From assembly GCF_017348835.2 (NCBI RefSeq), contig NZ_CP071375.1: DNA of 64,000 bases; one strand, written 5' to 3'. The notes beneath the pieces are model-generated. The model did no database searches and was not told the DNA's origin. It saw only the letters and a program-made list of their open reading frames with translations. The position numbers and the translations under genes were made by a program. The DNA is from Escherichia coli. GTDB lineage: Bacteria; Pseudomonadota; Gammaproteobacteria; Enterobacterales; Enterobacteriaceae. Shown in pieces: positions 11,071 to 21,675 of this stretch (the stretch's first letter is position 1; every line of letters starts with the position of its first letter).

Positions 11071-12750
11071 ATGAAACAGAAAATTACGGATTACCTGGAC
11101 GAAATCTACGGTGGAACATTTACCGCAACTCATTTACAGAAACTTGTAACGCGTCTTGAGAGTGCGAAACGATTAATTACACAGCGACGTAAAAAACACT
11201 GGGATGAAAGTGACGTCGTGTTAATTACCTATGCCGATCAATTTCACAGTAATGATTTAAAACCACTACCCATATTTAATCAGTTCTACCATCAATGGCT
11301 GCAAAGCATTTTTTCACATGTTCATTTATTACCTTTTTACCCATGGTCATCTGATGATGGATTTTCGGTAATTGATTATCATCAGGTCTCCAGTGAAGCG
11401 GGGGAGTGGCAGGATATTCAGCAGCTCGGTGAATGCAGTCATTTAATGTTTGATTTTGTCTGCAACCATATGTCGGCAAAAAGTGAATGGTTTAAAAACT
11501 ATTTGCAACAGCTTCCGGGTTTTGAAGATTTCTTTATTGCGGTTGATCCGAAAACCGATCTCAGTGCCGTCACCCGTCCGCGTGCGTTACCGCTATTAAC
11601 GCCGTTTCAAATGGATGATAATTCCACGCGCCATTTATGGACCACCTTTAGCGACGATCAAATTGACCTCAATTACCGTAGCCCTGAAGTGTTGCTGGCG
11701 ATGGTGGATGTATTGCTGTGCTACCTGGAAAAGGGCGCAGAATATGTCCGTCTGGATGCCGTTGGCTTTATGTGGAAAGAGCCGGGAACAAGCTGCATCC
11801 ATCTGGAAAAAACACATCTGATTATCAAACTGTTACGGTCGATTATTGATGACATCGCGCCAGGTACGGTGATTATTACTGAGACGAATGTTCCGCATAA
11901 AGATAACATTGCTTACTTTGGCGAAGGCGATGACGAAGCGCATATGGTGTACCAGTTCTCGCTGCCGCCGCTGGTGTTACATGCGGTGCAAAAACAGAAC
12001 GTCGAGGCGCTGTGCCAGTGGGCGCAAAGTCTGAGCTTGCCCTCCGGTAAAACGACCTGGTTTAACTTCCTCGCCTCTCACGATGGCATCGGGCTGAACC
12101 CACTGCGGGGCTTGTTACCAGAAAGCGAAATATTAGCGCTGGTCGAGGCATTACAGCAGGAAGGTGCATTAGTAAACTGGAAAAATAATCCCGACGGTAC
12201 GCGCAGTCCCTATGAAATAAATGTCACCTATATGGATGCGTTAAGCCGCCGCGAGAGTAGCGATGAAGAACGTTGCGCCAGGTTTATCCTTGCCCATGCG
12301 ATTTTGTTAAGTTTCCCCGGTGTGCCAGCGATATATATTCAAAGTATTCTGGGCTCGCGTAATGATTACGCAGGTGTCGAAAAACTCGGATATAACCGTG
12401 CGATTAACCGTAAAAAATATCACAGTGAAGAGATAACACGAGAACTGAACGATGAAGCTACATTAAGGCATGCGGTATATCATGAGTTGTCGCGTTTAAT
12501 TACACTTCGTCGCAGCCATAACGAGTTTCATCCGGATAATAATTTTACCATCGATACGGTTAATTCATCCGTAATGCGTATTCAAAGAAGTAACGCTGAT
12601 GGTAATTGTCTGACTGGATTGTTTAATGTCAGTAAAAATATTCAGCATGTAAATATTACTGATCTGCATGGTCGGGATCTGATTAGTGAAGTTGATATAT
12701 TGGGTAATGAAATAACGCTGCGCCCCTGGCAGGTTATGTGGATTAAATAA
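11071..12750 (+). CDS. ycjM: glucosylglycerate phosphorylase (GH13_18 sucrose-phosphorylase-like)
   Basis: 559 aa from MKQKITDYLDEIYGG. Confidence 0.9.
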   Translation: MKQKITDYLDEIYGGTFTATHLQKLVTRLESAKRLITQRRKKHWDESDVVLITYADQFHSNDLKPLPIFNQFYHQWLQSIFSHVHLLPFYPWSSDDGFSVIDYHQVSSEAGEWQDIQQLGECSHLMFDFVCNHMSAKSEWFKNYLQQLPGFEDFFIAVDPKTDLSAVTRPRALPLLTPFQMDDNSTRHLWTTFSDDQIDLNYRSPEVLLAMVDVLLCYLEKGAEYVRLDAVGFMWKEPGTSCIHLEKTHLIIKLLRSIIDDIAPGTVIITETNVPHKDNIAYFGEGDDEAHMVYQFSLPPLVLHAVQKQNVEALCQWAQSLSLPSGKTTWFNFLASHDGIGLNPLRGLLPESEILALVEALQQEGALVNWKNNPDGTRSPYEINVTYMDALSRRESSDEERCARFILAHAILLSFPGVPAIYIQSILGSRNDYAGVEKLGYNRAINRKKYHSEEITRELNDEATLRHAVYHELSRLITLRRSHNEFHPDNNFTIDTVNSSVMRIQRSNADGNCLTGLFNVSKNIQHVNITDLHGRDLISEVDILGNEITLRPWQVMWIK

Positions 12751-12763
12751 AAAGGAACATCTC

Positions 12764-14056
12764 ATGATTAAATCAAAAATCGTGCTGTTATCAGCACTGG
12801 TTTCCTGCGCCCTGATTTCAGGCTGTAAAGAAGAAAATAAAACCCATGTATCCATCGAATTTATGCATTCTTCGGTGGAGCAGGAGCGTCAGGCAGTTAT
12901 CAGTAAATTGATTGCCCGTTTTGAAAAAGAAAACCCGGGCATCACCGTTAAACAAGTGCCAGTGGAAGAAGATGCCTATAACACCAAAGTCATCACCCTT
13001 TCACGTAGCGGCTCGCTGCCGGAAGTGATCGAAACCAGCCATGACTACGCCAAAGTTATGGACAAAGAGCAGCTTATCGATCGTAAAGCGGTTGCCACGG
13101 TCATCAGCAACGTTGGTGAAGGCGCGTTTTACGATGGCGTACTGCGTATTGTGCGCACCGAAGATGGGAGTGCCTGGACCGGTGTTCCTGTCAGCGCCTG
13201 GATTGGCGGCATCTGGTATCGCAAAGATGTGCTGGCAAAAGCCGGGCTGGAGGAGCCGAAAAACTGGCAGCAGCTGCTGGACGTTGCACAGAAACTGAAT
13301 GACCCGGCGAATAAAAAATACGGTATTGCGCTGCCTACAGCAGAAAGCGTGTTGACGGAACAATCCTTCTCCCAGTTTGCGTTATCCAACCAGGCCAACG
13401 TCTTTAACTCTGAAGGCAAAATCACCCTTGATACACCAGAGATGATGCAGGCGCTGACTTATTACCGCGACCTTGCCGCCAACACCATGCCGGGTTCTAA
13501 CGATATCATGGAAGTGAAAGACGCCTTTATGAACGGCACCGCGCCGATGGCGATTTACTCCACCTATATCCTTCCGGCTGTAATTAAAGAAGGCGACCCG
13601 AAAAACGTCGGTTTCGTGGTGCCAACCGAGAAAAACTCTGCGGTCTACGGCATGTTGACCTCGCTGACTATTACCGCCGGGCAAAAGACCGAAGAGACGG
13701 AAGCGGCGGAAAAATTTGTCACCTTTATGGAACAGGCGGACAACATTGCCGACTGGGTGATGATGTCGCCAGGCGCGGCGCTGCCAGTGAACAAAGCGGT
13801 GGTGACTACCGCCACCTGGAAAGACAACGACGTTATTAAGGCGCTGGGTGAACTACCGAATCAGCTAATCGGTGAACTGCCTAATATTCAGGTCTTTGGC
13901 GCAGTAGGGGATAAAAACTTTACCCGCATGGGCGATGTGACGGGTTCTGGTGTGGTGAGCTCCATGGTGCATAACGTCACCGTGGGTAAAGCCGATCTCC
14001 CTGGCACGCTACAAGCGAGCCAGAAAAAGTTGGATGAACTGATCGAACAGCACTAA
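12764..14056 (+). CDS. ycjN: ABC transporter periplasmic sugar-binding protein
   Basis: 430 aa with lipoprotein-type signal peptide. Confidence 0.9.
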   Translation: MIKSKIVLLSALVSCALISGCKEENKTHVSIEFMHSSVEQERQAVISKLIARFEKENPGITVKQVPVEEDAYNTKVITLSRSGSLPEVIETSHDYAKVMDKEQLIDRKAVATVISNVGEGAFYDGVLRIVRTEDGSAWTGVPVSAWIGGIWYRKDVLAKAGLEEPKNWQQLLDVAQKLNDPANKKYGIALPTAESVLTEQSFSQFALSNQANVFNSEGKITLDTPEMMQALTYYRDLAANTMPGSNDIMEVKDAFMNGTAPMAIYSTYILPAVIKEGDPKNVGFVVPTEKNSAVYGMLTSLTITAGQKTEETEAAEKFVTFMEQADNIADWVMMSPGAALPVNKAVVTTATWKDNDVIKALGELPNQLIGELPNIQVFGAVGDKNFTRMGDVTGSGVVSSMVHNVTVGKADLPGTLQASQKKLDELIEQH

Positions 14057-14076
14057 ACCCAGGACAGGAATCCGCA

Positions 14077-14958
14077 ATGAACAGGCTTTTTTCAGGTCGT
14101 TCCGATATGCCGTTTGCGCTGCTGCTTCTCGCGCCCAGCTTATTACTGCTGGGCGGTCTGGTGGCGTGGCCGATGGTGTCGAATATCGAAATCAGTTTTT
14201 TACGTCTGCCGCTCAATCCCAACATCGAGTCAACGTTTGTTGGGGTGAGTAACTATGTGCGCATTCTCTCCGATCCCGGCTTCTGGCACTCGCTGTGGAT
14301 GACGGTCTGGTATACGGCGCTGGTGGTGGCGGGCAGCACCGTGCTCGGGCTGGCCGTGGCGATGTTTTTCAACCGCGAGTTCCGCCTGCGCAAAACCGCG
14401 CGTTCGCTGGTGATCCTCTCCTACGTAACGCCGTCCATTTCGCTGGTGTTTGCCTGGAAATACATGTTCAACAACGGCTACGGCATTGTGAACTACCTCG
14501 GCGTCGATCTTCTGCATCTCTATGAGCAGGCACCGCTGTGGTTCGATAATCCGGGCAGTAGCTTTGTGCTGGTGGTGCTGTTCGCCATCTGGCGCTACTT
14601 CCCGTATGCCTTTATCTCGTTTCTGGCGATTTTGCAGACCATCGACAAATCGCTGTACGAAGCGGCAGAGATGGATGGCGCTAATGCCTGGCAGCGGTTT
14701 CGCATCGTCACGCTGCCCGCAATTATGCCGGTCCTGGCGACGGTGGTGACTCTGCGCACCATCTGGATGTTTTACATGTTCGCTGATGTTTATCTGCTGA
14801 CAACCAAGGTCGATATTCTCGGTGTCTATCTCTACAAAACCGCCTTTGCCTTTAATGACTTAGGGAAAGCGGCGGCGATCTCGGTGGTGCTCTTCATCAT
14901 TATTTTCGCTGTCATTCTGCTGACCAGGAAACGGGTGAACCTCAATGGCAACAAATAA
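14077..14958 (+). CDS. ycjO: ABC transporter permease
   Basis: 293 aa, MalF-type permease. Confidence 0.9.
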   Translation: MNRLFSGRSDMPFALLLLAPSLLLLGGLVAWPMVSNIEISFLRLPLNPNIESTFVGVSNYVRILSDPGFWHSLWMTVWYTALVVAGSTVLGLAVAMFFNREFRLRKTARSLVILSYVTPSISLVFAWKYMFNNGYGIVNYLGVDLLHLYEQAPLWFDNPGSSFVLVVLFAIWRYFPYAFISFLAILQTIDKSLYEAAEMDGANAWQRFRIVTLPAIMPVLATVVTLRTIWMFYMFADVYLLTTKVDILGVYLYKTAFAFNDLGKAAAISVVLFIIIFAVILLTRKRVNLNGNK

Positions 14959-15787
14959 ACGCACACTCAGTCGTATCGGATTTTACTGCGGGCTGGCGCT
15001 GTTTCTCATCATCACGCTGTTTCCGTTTTTTGTGATGCTGATGACCTCGTTCAAGAGCGCAAAAGAGGCGATCTCGCTGCATCCTACGCTGCTGCCGCAA
15101 CAGTGGACGCTGGAGCATTACGTCGACATTTTTAACCCGGTGATATTCCCGTTTGTCGACTATTTCCGTAACAGCATGGTGGTGTCGGTAGTTTCATCCG
15201 TGGTGGCGGTATTTCTCGGCATTCTCGGGGCTTACGCGCTTTCCCGCCTGCGCTTTAAAGGGCGGATGACCATCAACGCCAGCTTTTACACGGTATACAT
15301 GTTCTCCGGCATTTTGCTGGTGGTGCCGCTGTTCAAAATCATCACCGCGCTTGGCATTTACGACACCGAGATGGCGCTGATCATTACCATGGTGACGCAA
15401 ACCCTGCCCACCGCCGTGTTTATGCTGAAAAGCTACTTCGACACCATCCCTGATGAGATCGAAGAAGCGGCGATGATGGATGGCCTCAACCGTCTGCAAA
15501 TTATCTTCCGTATCACCGTGCCCCTGGCGATGTCCGGGCTGATATCGGTGTTCGTCTACTGCTTTATGGTGGCGTGGAACGACTATCTGTTTGCGTCGAT
15601 TTTCCTCTCCAGCGCCAGCAATTTCACCTTACCAGTGGGCCTGAACGCGCTGTTCAGTACGCCTGATTACATCTGGGGACGCATGATGGCGGCCTCGCTG
15701 GTGACCGCATTGCCGGTGGTGATTATGTATGCGCTTTCGGAACGTTTTATTAAGAGTGGTTTGACCGCCGGTGGCGTGAAGGGCTAA
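14945..15787 (+). CDS. ycjP: ABC transporter permease
   Basis: 280 aa, MalG-type permease; start overlaps ycjO. Confidence 0.9.
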   Translation: MATNKRTLSRIGFYCGLALFLIITLFPFFVMLMTSFKSAKEAISLHPTLLPQQWTLEHYVDIFNPVIFPFVDYFRNSMVVSVVSSVVAVFLGILGAYALSRLRFKGRMTINASFYTVYMFSGILLVVPLFKIITALGIYDTEMALIITMVTQTLPTAVFMLKSYFDTIPDEIEEAAMMDGLNRLQIIFRITVPLAMSGLISVFVYCFMVAWNDYLFASIFLSSASNFTLPVGLNALFSTPDYIWGRMMAASLVTALPVVIMYALSERFIKSGLTAGGVKG

Positions 15788-15817
15788 AGCGGCCAGTTTA
15801 TTGACAAGGAGTTTTAA

Positions 15818-16813
15818 ATGAAAAAGTTAGTAGCCACGGCACCGCGCGTAGCGGCGCTGGTTGAGTATGAAGACAGGGCGATTTTAGCCAATGAAGTGAA
15901 GATCCGCGTGCGTTTCGGCGCGCCGAAGCACGGGACGGAAGTGGTCGATTTCCGCGCCGCCAGCCCGTTTATCGATGAAGACTTTAACGGTGAATGGCAG
16001 ATGTTCACCCCGCGCCCGGCAGATGCGCCGCGCGGCATTGAGTTTGGCAAATTCCAGCTTGGCAACATGGTGGTTGGCGACATTATCGAATGCGGCAGCG
16101 CCGTTACCGATTACGCGGTGGGCGACAGCGTATGCGGCTACGGCCCGCTTTCCGAAACGGTCATCATTAACGCGGTGAATAACTACAAGCTGCGCAAAAT
16201 GCCGAAAGGCAGTTCGTGGAAAAACGCCGTCTGCTACGACCCGGCGCAGTTTGCCATGAGCGGCGTGCGCGATGCCAACGTGCGCGTAGGGGATTTTGTG
16301 GTGGTGGTAGGGCTTGGCGCGATTGGTCAAATTGCCATCCAACTGGCGAAACGCGCTGGCGCGTCTGTGGTGATTGGCGTCGATCCTATCGCCCATCGCT
16401 GTGATATTGCCCGTCGCCACGGCGCGGATTTCTGCCTTAACCCCATCGGCACTGACGTAGGGAAAGAGATCAAAACGCTGACCGGCAAGCAGGGTGCCGA
16501 TGTGATTATCGAAACCAGCGGCTACGCCGACGCGCTGCAATCGGCACTGCGCGGCCTGGCTTACGGCGGCACCATCTCCTATGTCGCGTTTGCCAAACCG
16601 TTTGCCGAAGGTTTCAACCTCGGACGCGAAGCGCATTTCAATAACGCCAAAATTGTCTTCTCCCGCGCGTGCAGCGAACCGAACCCGGATTATCCGCGCT
16701 GGAGCCGTAAGCGTATTGAAGAAACCTGCTGGGAACTGCTGATGAACGGTTATCTCAATTGTGAAGATTTAATCGACCCGGTGGTGACCTTTGCTAACAG
16801 CCCGGAAAGCTAA
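15818..16813 (+). CDS. ycjQ: zinc-type dehydrogenase YcjQ (D-guloside 3-dehydrogenase), ending 19 codons early at an in-frame TAA
   Basis: 331-aa ORF; the same frame continues in-frame after the TAA at 16811-16813 for 18 codons (MQYVDQHPEQSIKMGVTF) to a second stop at 16868-16870, giving the 350 aa I recall for the K-12 protein. Confidence 0.85.
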   Translation: MKKLVATAPRVAALVEYEDRAILANEVKIRVRFGAPKHGTEVVDFRAASPFIDEDFNGEWQMFTPRPADAPRGIEFGKFQLGNMVVGDIIECGSAVTDYAVGDSVCGYGPLSETVIINAVNNYKLRKMPKGSSWKNAVCYDPAQFAMSGVRDANVRVGDFVVVVGLGAIGQIAIQLAKRAGASVVIGVDPIAHRCDIARRHGADFCLNPIGTDVGKEIKTLTGKQGADVIIETSGYADALQSALRGLAYGGTISYVAFAKPFAEGFNLGREAHFNNAKIVFSRACSEPNPDYPRWSRKRIEETCWELLMNGYLNCEDLIDPVVTFANSPES

Positions 16814-16888
16814 ATGCAGTACGTTGACCAGCATCCGGAACAGAGCATCAAAATGGGCGTTACGTTTTAATTCAAAGGAATGAAAAAA

Positions 16889-17677
16889 ATGAAAATCGGC
16901 ACACAGAATCAGGCGTTCTTTCCGGAAAACATTCTAGAGAAATTTCGTTATATCAAAGAGATGGGCTTCGATGGTTTTGAAATCGACGGCAAACTGCTGG
17001 TCAACAACATCGAAGAAGTGAAAGCGGCGATCAAAGAAACTGGTTTACCGGTGACCACCGCCTGCGGTGGCTATAACGGCTGGATTGGCGACTTTATCGA
17101 AGAGCGTCGTCTTAATGGCTTAAAGCAGATAGAGCGCATTCTCGAAGCGCTGGCAGAAGTGGGCGGTAAAGGTATCGTCGTTCCGGCAGCGTGGGGCATG
17201 TTTACCTTCCGCTTACCGCCGATGACTTCACCGCGCAGCCTGGACGGCGACCGTAAAATGGTGAGCGATTCCCTGCGCGTACTGGAACAGGTAGCCGCGC
17301 GTACCGGAACCGTGGTGTATCTCGAACCGTTAAACCGTTATCAGGATCACATGATCAACACCCTCGCCGATGCCCGCCGTTACATCGTCGAAAACGATCT
17401 TAAACATGTGCAGATTATCGGCGATTTCTATCACATGAATATCGAAGAAGATAACCTGGCGCAGGCGCTGCATGACAACCGCGACCTGCTCGGTCATGTG
17501 CATATTGCCGATAACCATCGTTATCAGCCGGGCAGCGGCACCCTGGATTTCCACGCGCTGTTTGAACAACTGCGCGCCGATAATTATCAGGGCTATGTGG
17601 TGTATGAAGGGCGCATTCGGGCAGAAGATCCTGCCCAGGCGTACCGTGATTCTTTGGCCTGGTTGCGTACCTGCTAA
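16889..17677 (+). CDS. ycjR: sugar epimerase, xylose isomerase-like TIM barrel (3-dehydro-D-guloside 4-epimerase)
   Basis: 262 aa from MKIGTQNQAFF. Confidence 0.9.
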   Translation: MKIGTQNQAFFPENILEKFRYIKEMGFDGFEIDGKLLVNNIEEVKAAIKETGLPVTTACGGYNGWIGDFIEERRLNGLKQIERILEALAEVGGKGIVVPAAWGMFTFRLPPMTSPRSLDGDRKMVSDSLRVLEQVAARTGTVVYLEPLNRYQDHMINTLADARRYIVENDLKHVQIIGDFYHMNIEEDNLAQALHDNRDLLGHVHIADNHRYQPGSGTLDFHALFEQLRADNYQGYVVYEGRIRAEDPAQAYRDSLAWLRTC

Positions 17678-17686
17678 GAGGTCTTT

Positions 17687-18742
17687 GTGAAAAGTGCAAT
17701 GACAAGCTCTCCGCTGCGGGTCGCGATCATAGGCGCGGGCCAGGTGGCGGATAAAGTTCATGCTTCGTACTACTGCACCCGCAACGATCTGGAACTGGTG
17801 GCTGTCTGTGACAGCCGCCTTTCCCAGGCGCAGGCGCTGGCAGATAAATACGGTAATGCATCCGTGTGGGACGATCCGCAGGCCATGCTGCTGGCGGTGA
17901 AACCTGACGTGGTTAGCGTCTGCTCACCTAACCGTTTTCATTACGAACATACCCTGATGGCACTGGAAGCGGGCTGCCATGTGATGTGCGAAAAACCGCC
18001 CGCCATGACGCCAGAACAGGCGCGGGAAATGTGCGATATCGCGCGCAAACAGGGCAAGGTGCTGGCCTACGACTTTCACCATCGTTTTGCGCTCGATACG
18101 CAACAGCTGCGTGAACAGGTGACCAACGGCGTTTTGGGAGAGATTTACGTTACCACCGCCCGCGCCCTGCGTCGCTGCGGCGTTCCCGGCTGGGGTGTCT
18201 TTACCAATAAAGAACTGCAGGGTGGTGGCCCGCTGATCGACATCGGCATTCATATGCTGGATGCTGCAATGTATGTGCTGGGCTTTCCGGCGGTGAAAAG
18301 CGTGAATGCGCATAGTTTTCAAAAGATCGGCACGCAAAAGAGCTGTGGTCAATTTGGCGAGTGGGATCCGGCAACTTACAGCGTCGAAGATTCGCTGTTT
18401 GGCACCATTGAATTTCATAACGGCGGCATTCTGTGGCTGGAAACGTCATTTGCACTCAACATCCGCGAACAGTCGATTATGAACGTCAGCTTTTGCGGTG
18501 ATAAAGCCGGTGCGACGCTGTTTCCAGCACATATCTACACCGATAACAACGGTGAATTAATGACGCTGATGCAACGGGAAATGGCAGACGACAACCGCCA
18601 TTTGCGCAGCATGGAAGCCTTTATCAATCACGTACAGGGCAAGCCCGTGATGATAGCCGATGCCGAGCAGGGGTACATCATCCAGCAACTGGTGGCGGCG
18701 TTGTATCAATCCGCAGAAACAGGGACGCGTGTGGAATTATGA
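17687..18742 (+). CDS. ycjS: Gfo/Idh/MocA-family NAD-dependent oxidoreductase (D-glucoside 3-dehydrogenase)
   Basis: 351 aa, GTG start, Rossmann motif IIGAGQVA. Confidence 0.9.
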   Translation: MKSAMTSSPLRVAIIGAGQVADKVHASYYCTRNDLELVAVCDSRLSQAQALADKYGNASVWDDPQAMLLAVKPDVVSVCSPNRFHYEHTLMALEAGCHVMCEKPPAMTPEQAREMCDIARKQGKVLAYDFHHRFALDTQQLREQVTNGVLGEIYVTTARALRRCGVPGWGVFTNKELQGGGPLIDIGIHMLDAAMYVLGFPAVKSVNAHSFQKIGTQKSCGQFGEWDPATYSVEDSLFGTIEFHNGGILWLETSFALNIREQSIMNVSFCGDKAGATLFPAHIYTDNNGELMTLMQREMADDNRHLRSMEAFINHVQGKPVMIADAEQGYIIQQLVAALYQSAETGTRVEL

Positions 18743-21006
18743 CCAGGCCAGTAACGTTATCAGAACCCCATTTCAGCCAGCATACCCTGAACAAGTATGC
18801 ATCACTGATGGCGCAGGGGAACGGCTATCTTGGGCTTCGCGCCAGCCATGAAGAAGATTACACGCGCCAGACGCGCGGCATGTATCTGGCGGGGCTGTAT
18901 CATCGGGCGGGTAAAGGTGAAATCAACGAACTGGTGAACCTGCCCGATGTGGTGGGGATGGAGATTGCCATAAATGGTGAGGTTTTCTCATTATCCCGCG
19001 AAGCCTGGCAGCGTGAGCTTGACTTTGCCAGTGGCGAATTACGCCGCAGCGTTGTCTGGCGTACCAGCAACGGCACAGGTTACACCATCGCCAGCCGTCG
19101 CTTTGTTTCGGCAGACCAACTGCCGCTCATTGCGCTGGAAATCACTATTACTCCACTGGACGCCGACGCGTCAGTGCTGATTTCAACAGGCATTGACGCC
19201 ACGCAAACCAATCACGGTCGCCAACATTTCGACGAAACCCAGGTGCGGGTGTTTGGTCAGCATCTGATGCAGGGGATCTACACCACCCAGGATGGACGCA
19301 GTGATGTGGCCATCAGCTGTTGCTGTAAGGTGAGCGGTGATGTGCAGCAATGCTATACCGCCAAAGAGCGCCGTTTGCTGCAACATACCAGCGCGCAACT
19401 TCACGCAGGCGAAACGCTGACGCTGCAAAAACTGGTGTGGATCGACTGGCGGGATGACAGGCAAGCTGCTTTAGACGAGTGGGGCAGTGCGTCGCTTCGC
19501 CAGCTTGAAATGTGTGCGCAGCAGAGTTACGACCAACTTCTTGCAGCATCAACAGAAAACTGGCGTCAGTGGTGGCAGAAACGTCGTATCACGGTAAACG
19601 GCGGCGATGCGCACGATCAGCAAGCGTTAGATTATGCGCTTTATCATCTGCGCATCATGACGCCTGCTCACGACGAGCGCAGCAGTATTGCGGCAAAAGG
19701 CTTAACCGGAGAAGGCTACAAAGGCCACGTTTTCTGGGATACAGAAGTATTTTTGCTACCGTTTCATCTGTTTAGCGATCCGACGGTTGCCCGAAGTTTA
19801 CTGCGTTATCGCTGGCACAACTTGCCAGGCGCGCAGGAGAAAGCGCGACGCAACGGCTGGCAGGGCGCGCTATTTCCGTGGGAGAGCGCACGCAGTGGTG
19901 AAGAAGAGACGCCGGAATTTGCCGCCATTAACATTCGCACCGGGCTGCGGCAAAAAGTGGCCTCGGCGCAGGCTGAACATCATCTGGTCGCCGATATCGC
20001 CTGGGCGGTTATTCAATACTGGCAGACAACGGGGGATGAAAGTTTCATTGCTCATGAAGGCATAGCGCTACTTCTGGAGAGCGCAAAGTTCTGGATTAGC
20101 CGCGCGGTAAGGGTTAACGACCGTCTGGAAATTCATGATGTTATTGGGCCAGACGAATATACCGAACATGTCAATAATAACGCCTTCACCAGCTATATGG
20201 CGTATTACAACGTCCAGCAGGCGCTGAACATCGCTCGTCAATTTGGCTGTAGCGACGTTGCGTTTATCCATCGCGCCGAAATGTTCCTCAAAGAGTTGTG
20301 GCTGCCAGAAACTCAGCCCGACGGCGTTTTGCCGCAGGATGATTCGTTTATGGCTAAGCCGGCGATTAATCTGGCGAAATACAAAGCGGCGGCGGGGAAG
20401 CAAACCATTCTGCTGGATTATTCACGCGCAGAAGTGAACGAGATGCAGATCCTCAAACAAGCTGATGTGGTGATGCTCAATTACATGCTGCCGGAGCAGT
20501 TCTCAGCGGCATCGTGTCTTGCCAATCTGCAATTTTATGAACCGCGCACTATTCACGACTCGTCATTAAGTAAAGCAATCCACGGCATTGTTGCCGCACG
20601 CTGTGGCCTGCTGACCCAAAGTTATCAGTTCTGGCGCGAGGGGACTGAAATCGATCTTGGTGCTGATCCGCATAGTTGTGATGATGGTATCCATGCTGCC
20701 GCAACTGGCGCTATCTGGCTGGGGGCGATTCAGGGTTTTGCCGGGGTGAGCGTGCGTGACGGTGAATTGCATCTAAATCCGGCGTTACCTGAGCAGTGGC
20801 AACAGTTGTCTTTCCCTCTGTTCTGGCAGGGCTGCGAATTACAGGTCACGCTCGACGCGCAGCGTATTGCGATTCGAACTTCTGCGCCCGTTTCACTGCG
20901 TTTGAACGGCCAGCTTATATCCGTGGCTGAAAAATCTGTTTTCTGTTTGGGTGATTATATTTTGCCCTTCAATGGGACCGCTACCACGCATCAGGAGGAT
21001 GAATGA
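18739..21006 (+). CDS. ycjT: kojibiose phosphorylase (GH65)
   Basis: 755 aa. Confidence 0.9.
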   Translation: MTRPVTLSEPHFSQHTLNKYASLMAQGNGYLGLRASHEEDYTRQTRGMYLAGLYHRAGKGEINELVNLPDVVGMEIAINGEVFSLSREAWQRELDFASGELRRSVVWRTSNGTGYTIASRRFVSADQLPLIALEITITPLDADASVLISTGIDATQTNHGRQHFDETQVRVFGQHLMQGIYTTQDGRSDVAISCCCKVSGDVQQCYTAKERRLLQHTSAQLHAGETLTLQKLVWIDWRDDRQAALDEWGSASLRQLEMCAQQSYDQLLAASTENWRQWWQKRRITVNGGDAHDQQALDYALYHLRIMTPAHDERSSIAAKGLTGEGYKGHVFWDTEVFLLPFHLFSDPTVARSLLRYRWHNLPGAQEKARRNGWQGALFPWESARSGEEETPEFAAINIRTGLRQKVASAQAEHHLVADIAWAVIQYWQTTGDESFIAHEGIALLLESAKFWISRAVRVNDRLEIHDVIGPDEYTEHVNNNAFTSYMAYYNVQQALNIARQFGCSDVAFIHRAEMFLKELWLPETQPDGVLPQDDSFMAKPAINLAKYKAAAGKQTILLDYSRAEVNEMQILKQADVVMLNYMLPEQFSAASCLANLQFYEPRTIHDSSLSKAIHGIVAARCGLLTQSYQFWREGTEIDLGADPHSCDDGIHAAATGAIWLGAIQGFAGVSVRDGELHLNPALPEQWQQLSFPLFWQGCELQVTLDAQRIAIRTSAPVSLRLNGQLISVAEKSVFCLGDYILPFNGTATTHQEDE

Positions 21007-21662
21007 AACTGCAAGGGGTAATTTTCGATCTGGATGGTGTAATCACCGATACCGCGCATCTGCATTTCCAGGCGTGGCAGCAGATTGCCGCTGAAATTGG
21101 CATCAGCATTGATGCGCAGTTTAACGAATCCCTAAAAGGGATTAGCCGCGATGAGTCTCTGCGGCGCATTCTGCAATACGGGGGCAAAGAGGGCGACTTT
21201 AACTCGCAGGAGCGGGCGCAACTGGCGTATCGCAAAAATCTGCTCTACGTCCACTCACTGCGCGAACTGACGGTTAATGCCGTTCTGCCGGGGATCCGGC
21301 CTTTGCTGGCAGATCTCCGCGCACAGCAGATCCCGGTAGGGCTGGCTTCCGTCTCCCTGAATGCGCCGACGATTTTAGCGGCGCTGGAGCTGCGCGAGTT
21401 TTTCACCTTCTGCGCGGATGCTTCCCAACTTAAAAACTCGAAACCGGATCCGGAAATCTTTCTCGCTGCTTGTGCCGGGCTGGGCGTGCCGCCGCAGGCA
21501 TGTATCGGCATTGAAGATGCGCAGGCGGGCATTGACGCCATTAACGCCAGCGGTATGCGCTCGGTGGGGATCGGCGCGGGCTTAACCGGGGCGCAATTAC
21601 TATTGCCTTCAACGGACTCCCTGACCTGGTCGCGGTTATCGGCCTTCTGGCAAAACGTATAG
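21003..21662 (+). CDS. ycjU: beta-phosphoglucomutase (HAD superfamily)
   Basis: 219 aa with HAD motif I ([10 protein letters not shown]). Confidence 0.9.
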   Translation: MKLQGVIFDLDGVITDTAHLHFQAWQQIAAEIGISIDAQFNESLKGISRDESLRRILQYGGKEGDFNSQERAQLAYRKNLLYVHSLRELTVNAVLPGIRPLLADLRAQQIPVGLASVSLNAPTILAALELREFFTFCADASQLKNSKPDPEIFLAACAGLGVPPQACIGIEDAQAGIDAINASGMRSVGIGAGLTGAQLLLPSTDSLTWSRLSAFWQNV

Positions 21663-21675
21663 CAAAGGAATCAAC

